Below are positions 29,753-39,482 of a stretch of 64,000 nt of DNA, one piece after another. The notes beneath the pieces were generated by a model. That model was not told where the DNA came from and made no database searches. It saw only the letters and a program-made list of their open reading frames with translations. Location: contig DATJXC010000064.1 in assembly GCA_035500495.1 (NCBI GenBank), forward strand, positions 5,446-69,445, given 5' to 3'. The translations under genes were made by a program, and so were the position numbers. The stretch comes from Gemmatimonadales bacterium (GTDB taxonomy: Bacteria; Gemmatimonadota; Gemmatimonadetes; Gemmatimonadales; GWC2-71-9). Every line of letters begins with the position of its first letter. The first letter of the stretch is position 1.

Positions 29753-31029
29753 GCGACCGGCTCGCCCCGCTCGCACAGATCGACCCGGCCGTCGCCGCCC
29801 TGATCCGTCGCGAGGTCGAGCGCCAGGAGCATGGCCTCGAGCTGATCGCGAGCGAGAACTTCGTGTCGGTCGCGGTCCTCGAGGCGATGGGCACGGCGCT
29901 CACCAACAAGTACGCCGAGGGGCTGCCCGGGAAGCGGTACTACGGCGGGTGCGAAGTGGTGGACGAGGTGGAGCAGCTGGCGATCGATCGCGCCAAGGCG
30001 CTGTTCGGCGCGGACCATGCCAACGTCCAACCGCACTCGGGCGCGCAGGCGAACATGGCGGCCTACCTGGCGGTGATCAAACCAGGCGATACGCTGCTGG
30101 GCCTGGCACTGTCGCACGGGGGGCATCTGACGCACGGAGCCACCGTGAACTTTTCCGGGTCGCTCTTCCGGGCGATCACCTACGGGGTGCGGGAGGAGAC
30201 CGGGAGGATCGACTACGATCAGGTGCGCACCCTCGCCCGAACCGAGCGGCCGCGACTGCTGATCGCGGGCGGGTCGGCCTACGCCCGGATCATCGATTTT
30301 CCGGCGATGCGGGCCATTGCCGACGAGGTGGGCGCGGTCTTCCTCGTGGACATGGCCCACTTCGCGGGGCTGGTGGCGGGCGGGGTGCATCCCTCGCCGG
30401 TACCGCACGCGCACATTGTCACCACCACGACCCACAAGACCCTGCGGGGGCCGCGGGGCGGGATGATCCTCTGCAAGGCCGAGCTGGCCAAGGCGGTGGA
30501 CAAGCAGGTGTTCCCGGGAACGCAAGGGGGACCGTTGGAGCACGTCATCGCCGCCAAGGCCGTCGCCCTGAGGGAGGCGATGACGGAGGACTTCAAACGC
30601 TACGCCGCGCAGGTCGTGCGCAACGCCGCCGCCCTTGCCGCGGCACTGGTGGCCCGGGGGTACGCCATTGTGTCCGGCGGGACCGATACCCACCTTCTCC
30701 TCGTCGACCTCCGGCCCAAGGGGCTCACCGGGAAGGAGGCCGAGCAGCTGCTGGACCGCGCCGCCATCACCGTCAACAAGAACACCATCCCGGGGGACCC
30801 ACAGTCTCCCTTCGTGACGAGCGGAATCCGGCTCGGCACGCCCGCGCTGACCACCCGCGGCTTCGGCGTTGGCGAGATGAAGCAGGTGGCCGAGCTGATC
30901 GATACGGTCTTGACGGGGAAAGATGAAGCGACGCTGGGCCGGGTTCGCGGCCAGGTGCGGGAGCTCACGGAAGAGTTCCCGCTCTACGCCGAGCGGCGTG
31001 CCGGCGTCGGGGTGGGGGCCGGCAAGTAG
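29749..31029 (+). CDS. glyA: Serine hydroxymethyltransferase
   Basis: Motifs [20 protein letters not shown] and [14 protein letters not shown] (PLP Lys). ATGA overlap with the rpiB stop. Confidence 0.95.
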   Translation: MSDRLAPLAQIDPAVAALIRREVERQEHGLELIASENFVSVAVLEAMGTALTNKYAEGLPGKRYYGGCEVVDEVEQLAIDRAKALFGADHANVQPHSGAQANMAAYLAVIKPGDTLLGLALSHGGHLTHGATVNFSGSLFRAITYGVREETGRIDYDQVRTLARTERPRLLIAGGSAYARIIDFPAMRAIADEVGAVFLVDMAHFAGLVAGGVHPSPVPHAHIVTTTTHKTLRGPRGGMILCKAELAKAVDKQVFPGTQGGPLEHVIAAKAVALREAMTEDFKRYAAQVVRNAAALAAALVARGYAIVSGGTDTHLLLVDLRPKGLTGKEAEQLLDRAAITVNKNTIPGDPQSPFVTSGIRLGTPALTTRGFGVGEMKQVAELIDTVLTGKDEATLGRVRGQVRELTEEFPLYAERRAGVGVGAGK

Positions 31030-31100
31030 GTCCTCCGCGACGCCGGTCGGACGCCGTCGGCCCCACACTTCCTGCGCGTCACCCCCTCCGAGCATTATCT

Positions 31101-31118
31101 TATCGCCCATGGCGGATA
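31101..31118. promoter_or_regulatory. Imperfect 18-bp palindrome TATCgcCCATGGcgGATA upstream of hsp20, just downstream of a -10-like CATTAT (31093..31098)
   Basis: Read directly. The outer TATC/GATA arms and the central CCATGG are symmetric; the inner dinucleotides are not. It does not match CIRCE or HAIR consensus sequences. Confidence 0.3.
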
Positions 31119-31156
31119 GCGGCTCGCATCGCGCCCGCGGGTCAGGGGCGTACATC

Positions 31157-31558
31157 ATGCATATGGCCGACGAGTTGGAGGTCTATTTCAACGAGGTCGG
31201 TCCCGGCCGCCCCGTCGGATTCGTCGCCTCCCCCAAGTGGAAGCCCCCTACCGACGTCTACGAAACCGCCGACGCCCTGGTGGTGCTGCTGGAGATCGGC
31301 GGGATGCGTCCCGAAGACTTCACCGTCGAGCTCGGCGAAGGGATTCTGACGATCTCCGGTGAGCGCTCCCCACAGCGGGAGGGGAAGCGCCACTACCACT
31401 ATATGGAGGTGCAGATCGGCCCCTTCGAGCGCCGGTTGCGCCTGCCCGTGCCGGTCGAGCCGCAGAGCCTCAAGGCCACCTACGAACAGGGGTTCCTCGA
31501 GGTCCGGCTCACCAAGCTGCCGCGGGGATCCGGGCCACACTCGGTCAAGGTGACCTGA
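31157..31558 (+). CDS. Hsp20/alpha-crystallin family small heat-shock protein
   Basis: Alpha-crystallin core: PPTDVYETADALVVLLEIGGMRPEDFTVELGEGILTISGER...FERRLRLPVPVEPQSLKATYEQGFLEVRL. AGGGG lies 9 nt upstream of ATG 31157; ATG 31163 is the alternative. Confidence 0.88.
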   Translation: MHMADELEVYFNEVGPGRPVGFVASPKWKPPTDVYETADALVVLLEIGGMRPEDFTVELGEGILTISGERSPQREGKRHYHYMEVQIGPFERRLRLPVPVEPQSLKATYEQGFLEVRLTKLPRGSGPHSVKVT

Positions 31559-31559
31559 G

Positions 31560-33998
31560 GTGGATCGCCTCCCGGTCCTGCCCCTGAGTCAGGTCGTGGT
31601 GTATCCGCACGTCGTCCTCCCACTGGCCCTCACCGATCCACGCGCCGTCCGGCTGGTGGACGAGGTCGTGGAGGGAAGCAAGCGGCTCTTGCTCGCCGTG
31701 GTGAAGCCAGGACATGGTGCGACCACCCCTGAGGCCGGCGGAGGGGGGGGCGCGGGCGGCGGCGGGGCGATGATGGACGTTCAGCCCGACGACCTCTACG
31801 AGGTCGGCACGCTGGGCTCGGTCGTCCGGATGCTGAAGCTCGCCGACGGCTCGATGCGCGTAATGGTCCAGGGACACGAGCGGGCCCGGATGCGGGAGTA
31901 CGCCACGGCTGACGGCCGGCTCACGGCGGCCTACGAGCGATTCGTCCCCGCCGGGGGGGATGAGGCCCGCGTTGAAGCGCTGAAGCGCAATGTCACCGCG
32001 CAGTTCGCCCGCATCATCGATCTCGCGCCATATCTCTCCGACGAGCTGCACGAAGTCCTCGAAGGGATCGCCGATGCGGGCAAGCTCGCCGATTTCATCG
32101 CGGCGAACCTGGACATCGCGCTCCCCGCCGCGGCCGAGCTGCTCTCCATCGGCGACGTCTCGAAGCGTCTCGAGCGGTTGAGCGAGCTCTTGGCCGAAGA
32201 GCTGCAGGTGCTCGAGGTGGGCAGCCAGATCCAGGAGAAGGTGAAGGCCCGGCTCGACGACCATCAGCGCGAGTACGTGCTGCGCGAGCAGATGCGGGTG
32301 ATCCGCCAGGAGCTCGGCGAGGAAACTACCGACGAGGAAATCGAAGAACTGTCCAACCGCCTTGCCGCGGCGGGACTGTCGGCGGAGGCGCGCAAGGTGG
32401 CCGACCGGGAGCTCAAGCGGCTGCGGCAGATGTCACCCCAATCGGCCGAGTATCACGTCGCCCGCACCTATCTCGACGTGATCGTCGGGCTGCCCTGGGA
32501 TCGCGTGTCGCAGGATCGCCTCGACCTCAAGGCGGCGCGCGCGATCCTGGACCGGGATCACTTCGATCTCGAGACGGTCAAAGAGCGCATTCTCGAGTAT
32601 CTGGCGGTCCGCACCCTCAATCCTGAGGCGCGCGGCAGCATTCTCTGCTTCGTGGGCCCGCCGGGGGTGGGCAAGACCTCGCTCGGACAGAGTATCGCCG
32701 AGGCGCTGGGTCGCCGGTTCACGCGCGTCTCGCTCGGCGGGGTGCGCGACGAGGCGGAGATCCGCGGACATCGGCGCACCTACGTCGGCGCCATTCCGGG
32801 GCGGATCCTGCACGCTCTCCAGCGCGGGGAGACGCGCAACCCGGTCCTGATGCTGGACGAGGTGGACAAGATGGGCGCGGATGTGCGGGGCGACCCGACC
32901 GCCGCGCTGCTGGAGGTGCTCGACCCCGCCCAGAACGCCGGGTTCGTGGACCATTACCTCGAGGTCCCCTTCGACCTCTCCGGCGTCATGTTCATCGCCA
33001 CCGCGAACAACCTGAGCGAGATCCCGACGCCGCTGTTCGATCGGATGGAGGTGCTGACGCTTTCCGGGTATACGCCGGCGGAAAAGCTCGCCATCGCCAA
33101 ACGCTACCTGCTGCCGCGCCAGCTGCGCGAAACGGGCCTCGCCGATCAGCGGGCGAAGCTCGAAGATCTCGCCCTGGAGCGGCTGATCGGCGAGTACACC
33201 CGGGAAGCCGGCGTGCGGCAGCTCGAGCGGGAAATCCAGGGCGTCCTGCGCAAGGTGGCGCTGCAAATCGTGGAGGACGGGAGCCGGCCGGCGGTCGCCG
33301 TCACGTCAAGAAACCTGGAGGAGTTTGCCGGACAGCCGAAGGTGCTGAACGAAGTGGCGGGCCGCAGTCCGGAAATCGGGATGGCGACGGGACTGGCGTG
33401 GACGCCCGCGGGGGGAGACATCATGTTCGTCGAGGCGATCATGATGCCGGGACGCGGACACATCACCCTCACGGGACAGCTGGGGGACGTCATGCGGGAG
33501 TCCGCCCAAGCCGCCTGGAGCCTGCTGCGCGCCCGCGCGGTCGGTCTCGGCATCCCTCCCGCGAGCTTCTCCAACGCGGACGTGCACGTCCACGTGCCGG
33601 CGGGGGCCGTCCCCAAGGACGGCCCGAGCGCGGGGATCACGATCGCGACGGCGCTGGCCTCGCTGTTGTGCCGCCGGCCGGCTCGCCCCGAGGTGGCGAT
33701 GACCGGAGAGCTGACGCTGCGCGGCAAGGTCCTGCCGGTCGGGGGCCTGCGTGAGAAGCTCACCGCCGCCGTGCGCGCCGGCATCCGGACGGTGCTCGTC
33801 CCCGGCCGCAATCGGGGGGACGTCGCCGAAGCCCCGCCGGAGGTGCAGAGCTTCCTGCAGATCCACTTTGTCGACACGGTGGATGAGGTCCTGGCGGCTG
33901 CCCTTCTGGAGCCCGCACCCGTACCCGGGGGGGGGGCGGCTCGGGAGCGAGGGCGACGGGGCGGGGGCCGCCGTCCGGCCCGTGGAGCGCGCGCGTGA
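31560..33998 (+). CDS. lon: ATP-dependent Lon protease (endopeptidase La)
   Basis: LON N-domain start LPVLPLSQVVVYPHVVLPL. Walker A motif GPPGVGKTS. Protease Ser motif PKDGPSAGI. GTG start 1 nt after the hsp20 stop. Confidence 0.95.
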   Translation: MDRLPVLPLSQVVVYPHVVLPLALTDPRAVRLVDEVVEGSKRLLLAVVKPGHGATTPEAGGGGGAGGGGAMMDVQPDDLYEVGTLGSVVRMLKLADGSMRVMVQGHERARMREYATADGRLTAAYERFVPAGGDEARVEALKRNVTAQFARIIDLAPYLSDELHEVLEGIADAGKLADFIAANLDIALPAAAELLSIGDVSKRLERLSELLAEELQVLEVGSQIQEKVKARLDDHQREYVLREQMRVIRQELGEETTDEEIEELSNRLAAAGLSAEARKVADRELKRLRQMSPQSAEYHVARTYLDVIVGLPWDRVSQDRLDLKAARAILDRDHFDLETVKERILEYLAVRTLNPEARGSILCFVGPPGVGKTSLGQSIAEALGRRFTRVSLGGVRDEAEIRGHRRTYVGAIPGRILHALQRGETRNPVLMLDEVDKMGADVRGDPTAALLEVLDPAQNAGFVDHYLEVPFDLSGVMFIATANNLSEIPTPLFDRMEVLTLSGYTPAEKLAIAKRYLLPRQLRETGLADQRAKLEDLALERLIGEYTREAGVRQLEREIQGVLRKVALQIVEDGSRPAVAVTSRNLEEFAGQPKVLNEVAGRSPEIGMATGLAWTPAGGDIMFVEAIMMPGRGHITLTGQLGDVMRESAQAAWSLLRARAVGLGIPPASFSNADVHVHVPAGAVPKDGPSAGITIATALASLLCRRPARPEVAMTGELTLRGKVLPVGGLREKLTAAVRAGIRTVLVPGRNRGDVAEAPPEVQSFLQIHFVDTVDEVLAAALLEPAPVPGGGAARERGRRGGGRRPARGARA

Positions 33999-34381
33999 GC
34001 GAGTTCGGTACGCTCGAGGAAGCGCTGGCGAAGATCGGCGAGCGCGACGGGCGGTACCACGAACGCGGGTACCTCTTCGTCCTCGCGGCGTTGGAGTACG
34101 CCCAGGCGCGGCTGCCGGCGCGGCGGCACCTGAACGGCGGGGAGCTGGCGTGGGCGTGCCGCGACTTCGCCCTCGAGCAGTTCGGTCTCCTCGCGCCGAC
34201 CGTCCTGGCGCATTGGGGGATCGGCGCCACGGAGGATCTGGGGCGGATCGTCTTCGCCCTGATCGACGTGGGCCTCCTGGCGCGCCAGCCCAGTGACAAG
34301 CTCGAGGATTTCAGCGGGGTCTTCGATTTCGCCGCCGAATTCCGGGACGGCTATCGGTGGCCCGGCGTGGAGCGCGCCTAG
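33995..34381 (+). CDS. Conserved hypothetical protein (resembles the Minf_1886/TIGR04138-type family; tentative)
   Basis: 128-aa ORF whose GTG start overlaps the lon stop (GTGA). The motif run RYHERGYLFV..ALEY......RHLNGGELAWACRDFALEQFGLLAPTVLAHWGI..TEDLGRIVFALIDVGLL is assigned from memory only. Confidence 0.6.
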   Translation: MSEFGTLEEALAKIGERDGRYHERGYLFVLAALEYAQARLPARRHLNGGELAWACRDFALEQFGLLAPTVLAHWGIGATEDLGRIVFALIDVGLLARQPSDKLEDFSGVFDFAAEFRDGYRWPGVERA

Positions 34382-34408
34382 CGCGCGGGTGAGGGAGCGA
34401 GGTGGCGT

Positions 34409-34603
34409 ATGGAAGGCAAGGAGTGGCCCGCCTGCTTGAAGTGCCAACGTGGTGTGCTGATACCGCTGTCCGACTACGGACGGGATGGGGCGCCGATCAC
34501 CTACAAGGCGTGGGTCTGCAGCAATCCCGAGTGCGGGTTCAACGTCCGGATTGACAACGGCGATATCTCGTTCGGTCGGGCCATCGGCCAGAGCCAGAAG
34601 TAG
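34409..34603 (+). CDS. Small zinc-ribbon protein (64 aa)
   Basis: Two Cys pairs, CLKC...(31 aa)...CSNPEC. Compact ORF in the gap between neighbouring genes. Confidence 0.55.
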   Translation: MEGKEWPACLKCQRGVLIPLSDYGRDGAPITYKAWVCSNPECGFNVRIDNGDISFGRAIGQSQK

Positions 34604-34604
34604 C

Positions 34605-35432
34605 TTGGCCTCCGTTCGCCCCCCTGCCGTCGCCGGCCGATTCTATCCGGAGGCGCGGGAACAGCTGGCGCGTGAGGTGCGCGCGCTGCTCGACCCCGTG
34701 CAGCGGTTCACCCATCCGGCCGACGCGCGCGGCGCCATCGCGCCGCATGCAGGGTACCTCTACTCCGGCGTGACGGCGGCGTTCGTGTTCAGCCGGATCC
34801 GCCTGCCGCGTCTGGTCGTCATCCTTGCCCCGAACCATACCGGAATCTGCGACGCCCCGGGCGGCGCGTCTCTGTGGGAGTCGGGGGCCTTCGCTACGCC
34901 CCTCGGCAACGTCCCCGTCGATGTCGAGCTCGCGGCCGCCTTGGCGGAGGCCTGTCCGCTCGTCGCCCCGGATCATGCGGCGCATCGCGACGAGCACGCC
35001 ATCGAAGTCGAGCTGCCTTTTCTGCAAACGCTGCGCCCGGACGTCCGCATCGTGCCGCTGCTGCTCGCCTGGGATACGTGGCCGGAAGCGCGCACCCTCG
35101 CGGAGGCCCTGGCCGTTCTGGTCAAACGCTGGCCGGAGCCCGTACTCCTGCTCGCCTCGAGCGACCTCAATCATTACGAATCGGCGGCGATCTCCGAGAT
35201 CAAGGACGCGCAGGCCCTGGCCGCCGTACAGACGCTGGACGGGGCGGAGCTCCTGGACCGGTGCCGCCGGGAACGGATCTCGATGTGCGGGCGCGGACCG
35301 GCGGCCACCGTGCTTGCCGCGGCGCGCGCGCTCGGTGCCACCCGGGCCGAGGTCGTCGACTACCGCCATTCCGGTTGGGTCACGGGTGACGAGGGGCGTG
35401 TCGTCGGCTACGCGGGGGTGCTGATCACATGA
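34605..35432 (+). CDS. MEMO1 family protein (AmmeMemoRadiSam system protein B)
   Basis: Motifs PAVAGRFYP, APHAGYLYSG, EHAIEVELPFLQ and SSDLNHY. The TTG start at 34605 immediately follows the previous stop. The upstream part of the track ORF overlaps the zinc-ribbon gene. Confidence 0.8.
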   Translation: MASVRPPAVAGRFYPEAREQLAREVRALLDPVQRFTHPADARGAIAPHAGYLYSGVTAAFVFSRIRLPRLVVILAPNHTGICDAPGGASLWESGAFATPLGNVPVDVELAAALAEACPLVAPDHAAHRDEHAIEVELPFLQTLRPDVRIVPLLLAWDTWPEARTLAEALAVLVKRWPEPVLLLASSDLNHYESAAISEIKDAQALAAVQTLDGAELLDRCRRERISMCGRGPAATVLAAARALGATRAEVVDYRHSGWVTGDEGRVVGYAGVLIT

Positions 35433-36955
35433 GCCTGCTGCCCGTGCTTTCGGCGACCGAGGCAGCGGCCTGGGACGCGGCTGCGCGCACGCAATTTCGC
35501 ATCCCCAGCCGCGTGCTCATGGAGAGTGCCGGCCGGGCCTGCGCGGGCGTGCTGTGTGCGGAGTACCCCGAGGTGGCCCAGCGCGGCGCGCTGGTGGTGG
35601 TGGGGGCGGGCAACAACGGCGGCGACGGGTGGGTCTGCGCCCGAGCCCTGCACGCCGCCCGCATCCCCGTGTGGGTGACCGGACTCGATCCCAAGACCGA
35701 CGATGCCGTGGACTCGCGGGCGCTGGCGCGGCTCGACGGCGTTCCAGAGGTGGGGCGCCAGGAGCAATGGCCCGCCACGGCGGTGATCGTGGACGCGGTG
35801 CTCGGGACCGGCGCGTCCGGCCCGGCCCGGGGGGAGGGACTCGCCCTGGCGGAGCGCATCGCGGCCGCGGGGTCACCGGTCCTCGCGATCGACGGGCCGA
35901 CCGGGCTCGACCTCTCGAGCGGGGAGGCGCACGGGCCGGTCCGGGCCCGGTGCAGCGTCACTTTCGGGGGACCGCGCCGCGGCCACCTGCTGGCGCGCGA
36001 ATGGTGCGGAAAGCTGATTGTCGTGGATATCGGATTCCCGCCGGCTGATCCGTCGATCCCGGTGCTCGTAACCGATGCCTGGGCGGCGGCCCGCCTCCCG
36101 CGGCTGAATCCGACGATGCACAAGGGCGATCGCGGACGAGTGACGATCGTTGGGGGAGACGCCGGGATGACGGGCGCGGCGTTGCACGCCGCGCGCGCGG
36201 CCCTCGCGGCCGGGGCCGGGCTCGTCAAACTCGTGGCCGGCGCTGAAACGATCGCGGCGGCGCGCGCGAGTCTCCCCGACGTGCTGACCGTGGAGTCCCG
36301 CCTGGGTCCGGCCCTGGAACCGGCCGCCGCCGAAGCGCTCGCCTGGGCCGATGCGGTGGTGATCGGACCTGGACTGGGCCGCGATCCCGCCCGACGTGAG
36401 TTTCTCACGGCCGCGCTCGCCACCCGAGCCGTGCCGAGCGTCATCGATGCCGACGCGCTGGTCCAATTCCCCGGCCACTCCGCCGAGCGCCCTCTCGTCT
36501 TCACTCCCCACCTGGGGGAGTTCCGCGCGCTCGTGGGCGACGCCCTGGCCGACACGGCCGCCAACGACCGCTGGGCCGCTGCCTCCAAGGCCGCCGCCAA
36601 ACTCCACGGAACCGTGCTCTTGAAAGGCGTGCCCACCGTGATCGCCGACATTCGCGGCCCGATGCACGTCGTGGCCAGCGGGAATCCCGGGCTCGCCACG
36701 GGAGGCAGCGGAGATCTGTTGTCGGGGTTCATCGCCGCCTACCTGGCGCGCGGCACCGCGGCGGTCGAGGCGGCGGCACTGGGTGCGCACACCCTGGGCC
36801 GGGCCGCCGAGCTGGGCGCCCGGCAGTGGACCGCCCGCTCGTTGCGTCCGGCCGACGTCCTCGCCGCACTCCCCGACCTCTGGCGGGCGTGGGGATCGAT
36901 CCGGCCGTGGCATCCACCGGTGCTCGAAGTGATCGAGCTGCCGGAGGCGACCTGA
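35429..36955 (+). CDS. nnr: Bifunctional NAD(P)H-hydrate repair enzyme (epimerase / ADP-dependent dehydratase)
   Basis: YjeF-N motif GAGNNGGDG. The C-terminal kinase-like half has HKGDRGRVTIVGG and GGSGDLLSG. ATGA overlap with the previous stop. Confidence 0.9.
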   Translation: MSLLPVLSATEAAAWDAAARTQFRIPSRVLMESAGRACAGVLCAEYPEVAQRGALVVVGAGNNGGDGWVCARALHAARIPVWVTGLDPKTDDAVDSRALARLDGVPEVGRQEQWPATAVIVDAVLGTGASGPARGEGLALAERIAAAGSPVLAIDGPTGLDLSSGEAHGPVRARCSVTFGGPRRGHLLAREWCGKLIVVDIGFPPADPSIPVLVTDAWAAARLPRLNPTMHKGDRGRVTIVGGDAGMTGAALHAARAALAAGAGLVKLVAGAETIAAARASLPDVLTVESRLGPALEPAAAEALAWADAVVIGPGLGRDPARREFLTAALATRAVPSVIDADALVQFPGHSAERPLVFTPHLGEFRALVGDALADTAANDRWAAASKAAAKLHGTVLLKGVPTVIADIRGPMHVVASGNPGLATGGSGDLLSGFIAAYLARGTAAVEAAALGAHTLGRAAELGARQWTARSLRPADVLAALPDLWRAWGSIRPWHPPVLEVIELPEAT

Positions 36956-36957
36956 TC

Positions 36958-38544
36958 GTGCTGGGACAGCTTCGCGCGACGCGTCCCGCCATTCTGGTAT
37001 TGCTGACCAGCGTTCTATCCGTGTCTCTGTCCGCCCAAACCAGGCTGTGGCGACCGGATGAGCGGGTGTTGCTGAGCGATTTCTCCTGGGTCACCGCGGT
37101 CGCGGCCTCGAACTGGCGCGTGTACGCGGCGACGCGGCACGGTCTGCTGATCTACGATCGGGGTGCCCAGGCATGGCGTGCCCCGGTCACCGCCCTGGAC
37201 GGATATCCGGCGTCGCTGGCGCTGGTCGCCCTGGCGGACGTCACGGGGAACGCCGTGTGGCTGGGTCTCACCGATGGATGGGCGCGCTATGACGAGGACC
37301 TTAATCGCTGGGAGCGCGGCTATGTCGCCGGTGGCGTCCGAGGTCTGATGCTCGACAACCAGGACCTGGCGGGCGGCGTCTATCTCCGTGGCCCCTCGGG
37401 GTGGGCGCACCTCTCGCGGGGGGCGCTGTCGCCGGATCCGGGGCCCGCCCGACTGCCGCCGGGCAACGCCCGCGTGACGACGATCGATCCCGAGACGGCG
37501 CTGCAACAATCTCCCTCGGCGAGCGCGTTCCGGTCCCTCATGTTGACCGACCGGCGCCTGCAATCCCACCGGTTCACGGCGGCCTCGAGCGCGCCGCTGC
37601 AGCACGAGCTGTACCTGGGGACCGACGGCATTGGTCTGATCAAGATGGAAGACATCAGCGGCCAGTGGGACGTGTTGTCGTACGGCCTGCTGCAGTCGCG
37701 AGCCGATGCCGTCGCCGCTGGAGCGCGCGGCGTGTGGGTCGCCGGCACCGCCTACGGCGGTGAGCGGCGCGGCCTCACCTGGCTCCCGGAAGACCTGTCG
37801 TCGACCACCTATCTCGAGTCCGCGGTCGGTTTCGGCAGCGCTGAAGTGCGCCGCATGCTGGGGGTGGGCGACGTGATGTGGGTCGCCACGAACGCCGGGC
37901 TGTTTCGCGTGAGGACATCGGGCGCAGGCGACATGCGCCGCTTCGACCTGGGGAGCGGGCTCGCGTCCGAAGATGTTCGCTGCCTCGCCCCGGCTCCGGA
38001 CGGGGTGTGGGTCGGGACCGCGCACGGCCTGTCGATCGTCACGGCCGACGACCGGGTGACCAACTTCGGGTCCGGGGGGACCACGATTCTGAGCCTCCTC
38101 CAGGTCCGCGAAAGTCTCTGGGTCGGGTCGGCGGCGGGGCTGGCCCTGCTCGCCCCGGGGGAGAATGCCCCCCGCTTCGTGGACGCCGATGCCGCGCTGC
38201 GCTCGCCGATCGTCGCCCTCGCGCGGGTGGGCGACACCCTGGTCGCGGCCACGGCCGATCAGCTCGCCTGGCGGGATCCCGCGGGTGGGCAGTGGACCCT
38301 GATGCGGCCGGGCGCTTCCAGCGTCGGAGCGATCACGGTTCTGGCGGCGGACCAGGGCGGGGTCTGGGTGGGCGGCTCGATCGGCCTCGCGTTCTGGAGC
38401 ATCGGCCGCTCCACCTTTCGCTCGTTACGCGTGCCCGGGGACCTGCCGGCGACGATCAGAGATCTGATTGCCCTTCCACCCTACGTCTGGGTCGCGACCG
38501 ACAGCGGGCTCGTCCGGCTGCGGCGCGATGCCGTGAGACCATGA
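36958..38544 (+). CDS. Secreted beta-propeller repeat protein (two-component-regulator-propeller/Reg_prop-like repeats)
   Basis: GTG start 2 nt after the nnr stop gives the signal peptide VLGQLRATRPAILVLLTSVLSVSLSAQ. Recurrent motifs VW(V/L)G(T/S)..GL..(e.g. VWVGTAHGLSIV, MWVATNAGLFRV, LWVGSAAGLALL, VWVATDSGLVRL). Confidence 0.65.
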   Translation: MLGQLRATRPAILVLLTSVLSVSLSAQTRLWRPDERVLLSDFSWVTAVAASNWRVYAATRHGLLIYDRGAQAWRAPVTALDGYPASLALVALADVTGNAVWLGLTDGWARYDEDLNRWERGYVAGGVRGLMLDNQDLAGGVYLRGPSGWAHLSRGALSPDPGPARLPPGNARVTTIDPETALQQSPSASAFRSLMLTDRRLQSHRFTAASSAPLQHELYLGTDGIGLIKMEDISGQWDVLSYGLLQSRADAVAAGARGVWVAGTAYGGERRGLTWLPEDLSSTTYLESAVGFGSAEVRRMLGVGDVMWVATNAGLFRVRTSGAGDMRRFDLGSGLASEDVRCLAPAPDGVWVGTAHGLSIVTADDRVTNFGSGGTTILSLLQVRESLWVGSAAGLALLAPGENAPRFVDADAALRSPIVALARVGDTLVAATADQLAWRDPAGGQWTLMRPGASSVGAITVLAADQGGVWVGGSIGLAFWSIGRSTFRSLRVPGDLPATIRDLIALPPYVWVATDSGLVRLRRDAVRP

Positions 38545-39482
38545 ACGAAGAACACCTGGCCCTTGGATCCGGCGGCGAATTCGATCGCCTGCGCGCCATC
38601 TACGAACGTCTCGGGGAATCGGGGCACTCGTTGGGCGACGATTGCGCGTTGCTCGGCGTTCAGAACGCGACGCTCGCCGTCTCCATCGATCTCTCCATCG
38701 AAGGCGTGCACTTCCGGCGCGACTGGATGTCCGCCACCGACATCGGGTACCGGGCGGCGAGCGCGGCCCTGTCGGACCTCGCCGCCGAGGGCGGGCGGCC
38801 CGCCGGGCTGCTGGTCTCGCTCGGCGTTCCGGATCGGGGCGAGATCGCGCCCGACATCATGGCCGGCGTCGGCGAGTGCGCGACCGAGGTGGGCGCCAAG
38901 GTTCTGGGAGGCGACCTCACGCAATCGGATCGGATCATCGTGGATGTGTGCGTCATCGGTACCGCGCCGCGCCCGATCCGGCGGATCGGCGCCCAGGTGG
39001 GCGATGGGGTGTGGGTGACGGGATCCCTCGGGGCGATGCGCCTGGCGCTGAATGCGTATCGGGGTGGGCGGCGGCCGTCGCCGGACATCGCGCGGCGGTT
39101 TGCCCGACCCACGCCGCGCCTCGCCGCGGGCCAGTGGCTCGCGGCCCAGGGCGCGACGGCGATGATCGATCTGTCCGACGGGCTGACCGGGGACGCGGGA
39201 CACTTGGCGGCCGCCTCCCGGGTGGCCATGGAGGTGGCGCTGGAGCGGGTGCCGTGCTGGTTGGGCGCGGAACCCCTGGTGGCGGCGGCGAGCGGCGAGG
39301 AATACGAGCTGCTCGTCACCATGCCGGCGCGGTTCGGAGAAAAGCAGGCGCAGGCGTTCACCGAGCAGCTGGGCCTGGCACTCACCAGGATCGGCAGCTG
39401 CCTCGTCGGCAGCGGAGTCCGGTTTACCGACCGCGGCAACGCCGTACGGGCGCCGGCGGGCTACGACCATTTTGCCGAGTAA
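38541..39482 (+). CDS. thiL: Thiamine-monophosphate kinase
   Basis: Motifs GDDCALL, DLSIEGVHF, AASAALSDLAAEG and GGDLTQS. ATGA overlap with the upstream stop. Confidence 0.88.
   Translation: MNEEHLALGSGGEFDRLRAIYERLGESGHSLGDDCALLGVQNATLAVSIDLSIEGVHFRRDWMSATDIGYRAASAALSDLAAEGGRPAGLLVSLGVPDRGEIAPDIMAGVGECATEVGAKVLGGDLTQSDRIIVDVCVIGTAPRPIRRIGAQVGDGVWVTGSLGAMRLALNAYRGGRRPSPDIARRFARPTPRLAAGQWLAAQGATAMIDLSDGLTGDAGHLAAASRVAMEVALERVPCWLGAEPLVAAASGEEYELLVTMPARFGEKQAQAFTEQLGLALTRIGSCLVGSGVRFTDRGNAVRAPAGYDHFAE

Noticed and set aside
31061-31068. CCCCACAC upstream of hsp20 as a sigma32-type -10 element (consensus CCCCATNT).
   Set aside because: There is no CTTGAA-like -35 at an appropriate distance. 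In a genome this GC-rich such C-runs are expected by chance.
33940-33998. Arg/Gly-rich C-terminal tails on several proteins: Lon ends ...RGRRGGGRRPARGARA, the cytochrome ends ...KRGPKAKRGSQGVPGSRPGP, and the 19699 gene product ends ...GGGGGRRR. These could be a shared targeting signal.
   Set aside because: The sequences are not alignable with each other. Such tails arise readily from stop-codon drift in very GC-rich genomes. This is noted only as a caveat for C-terminal boundaries.
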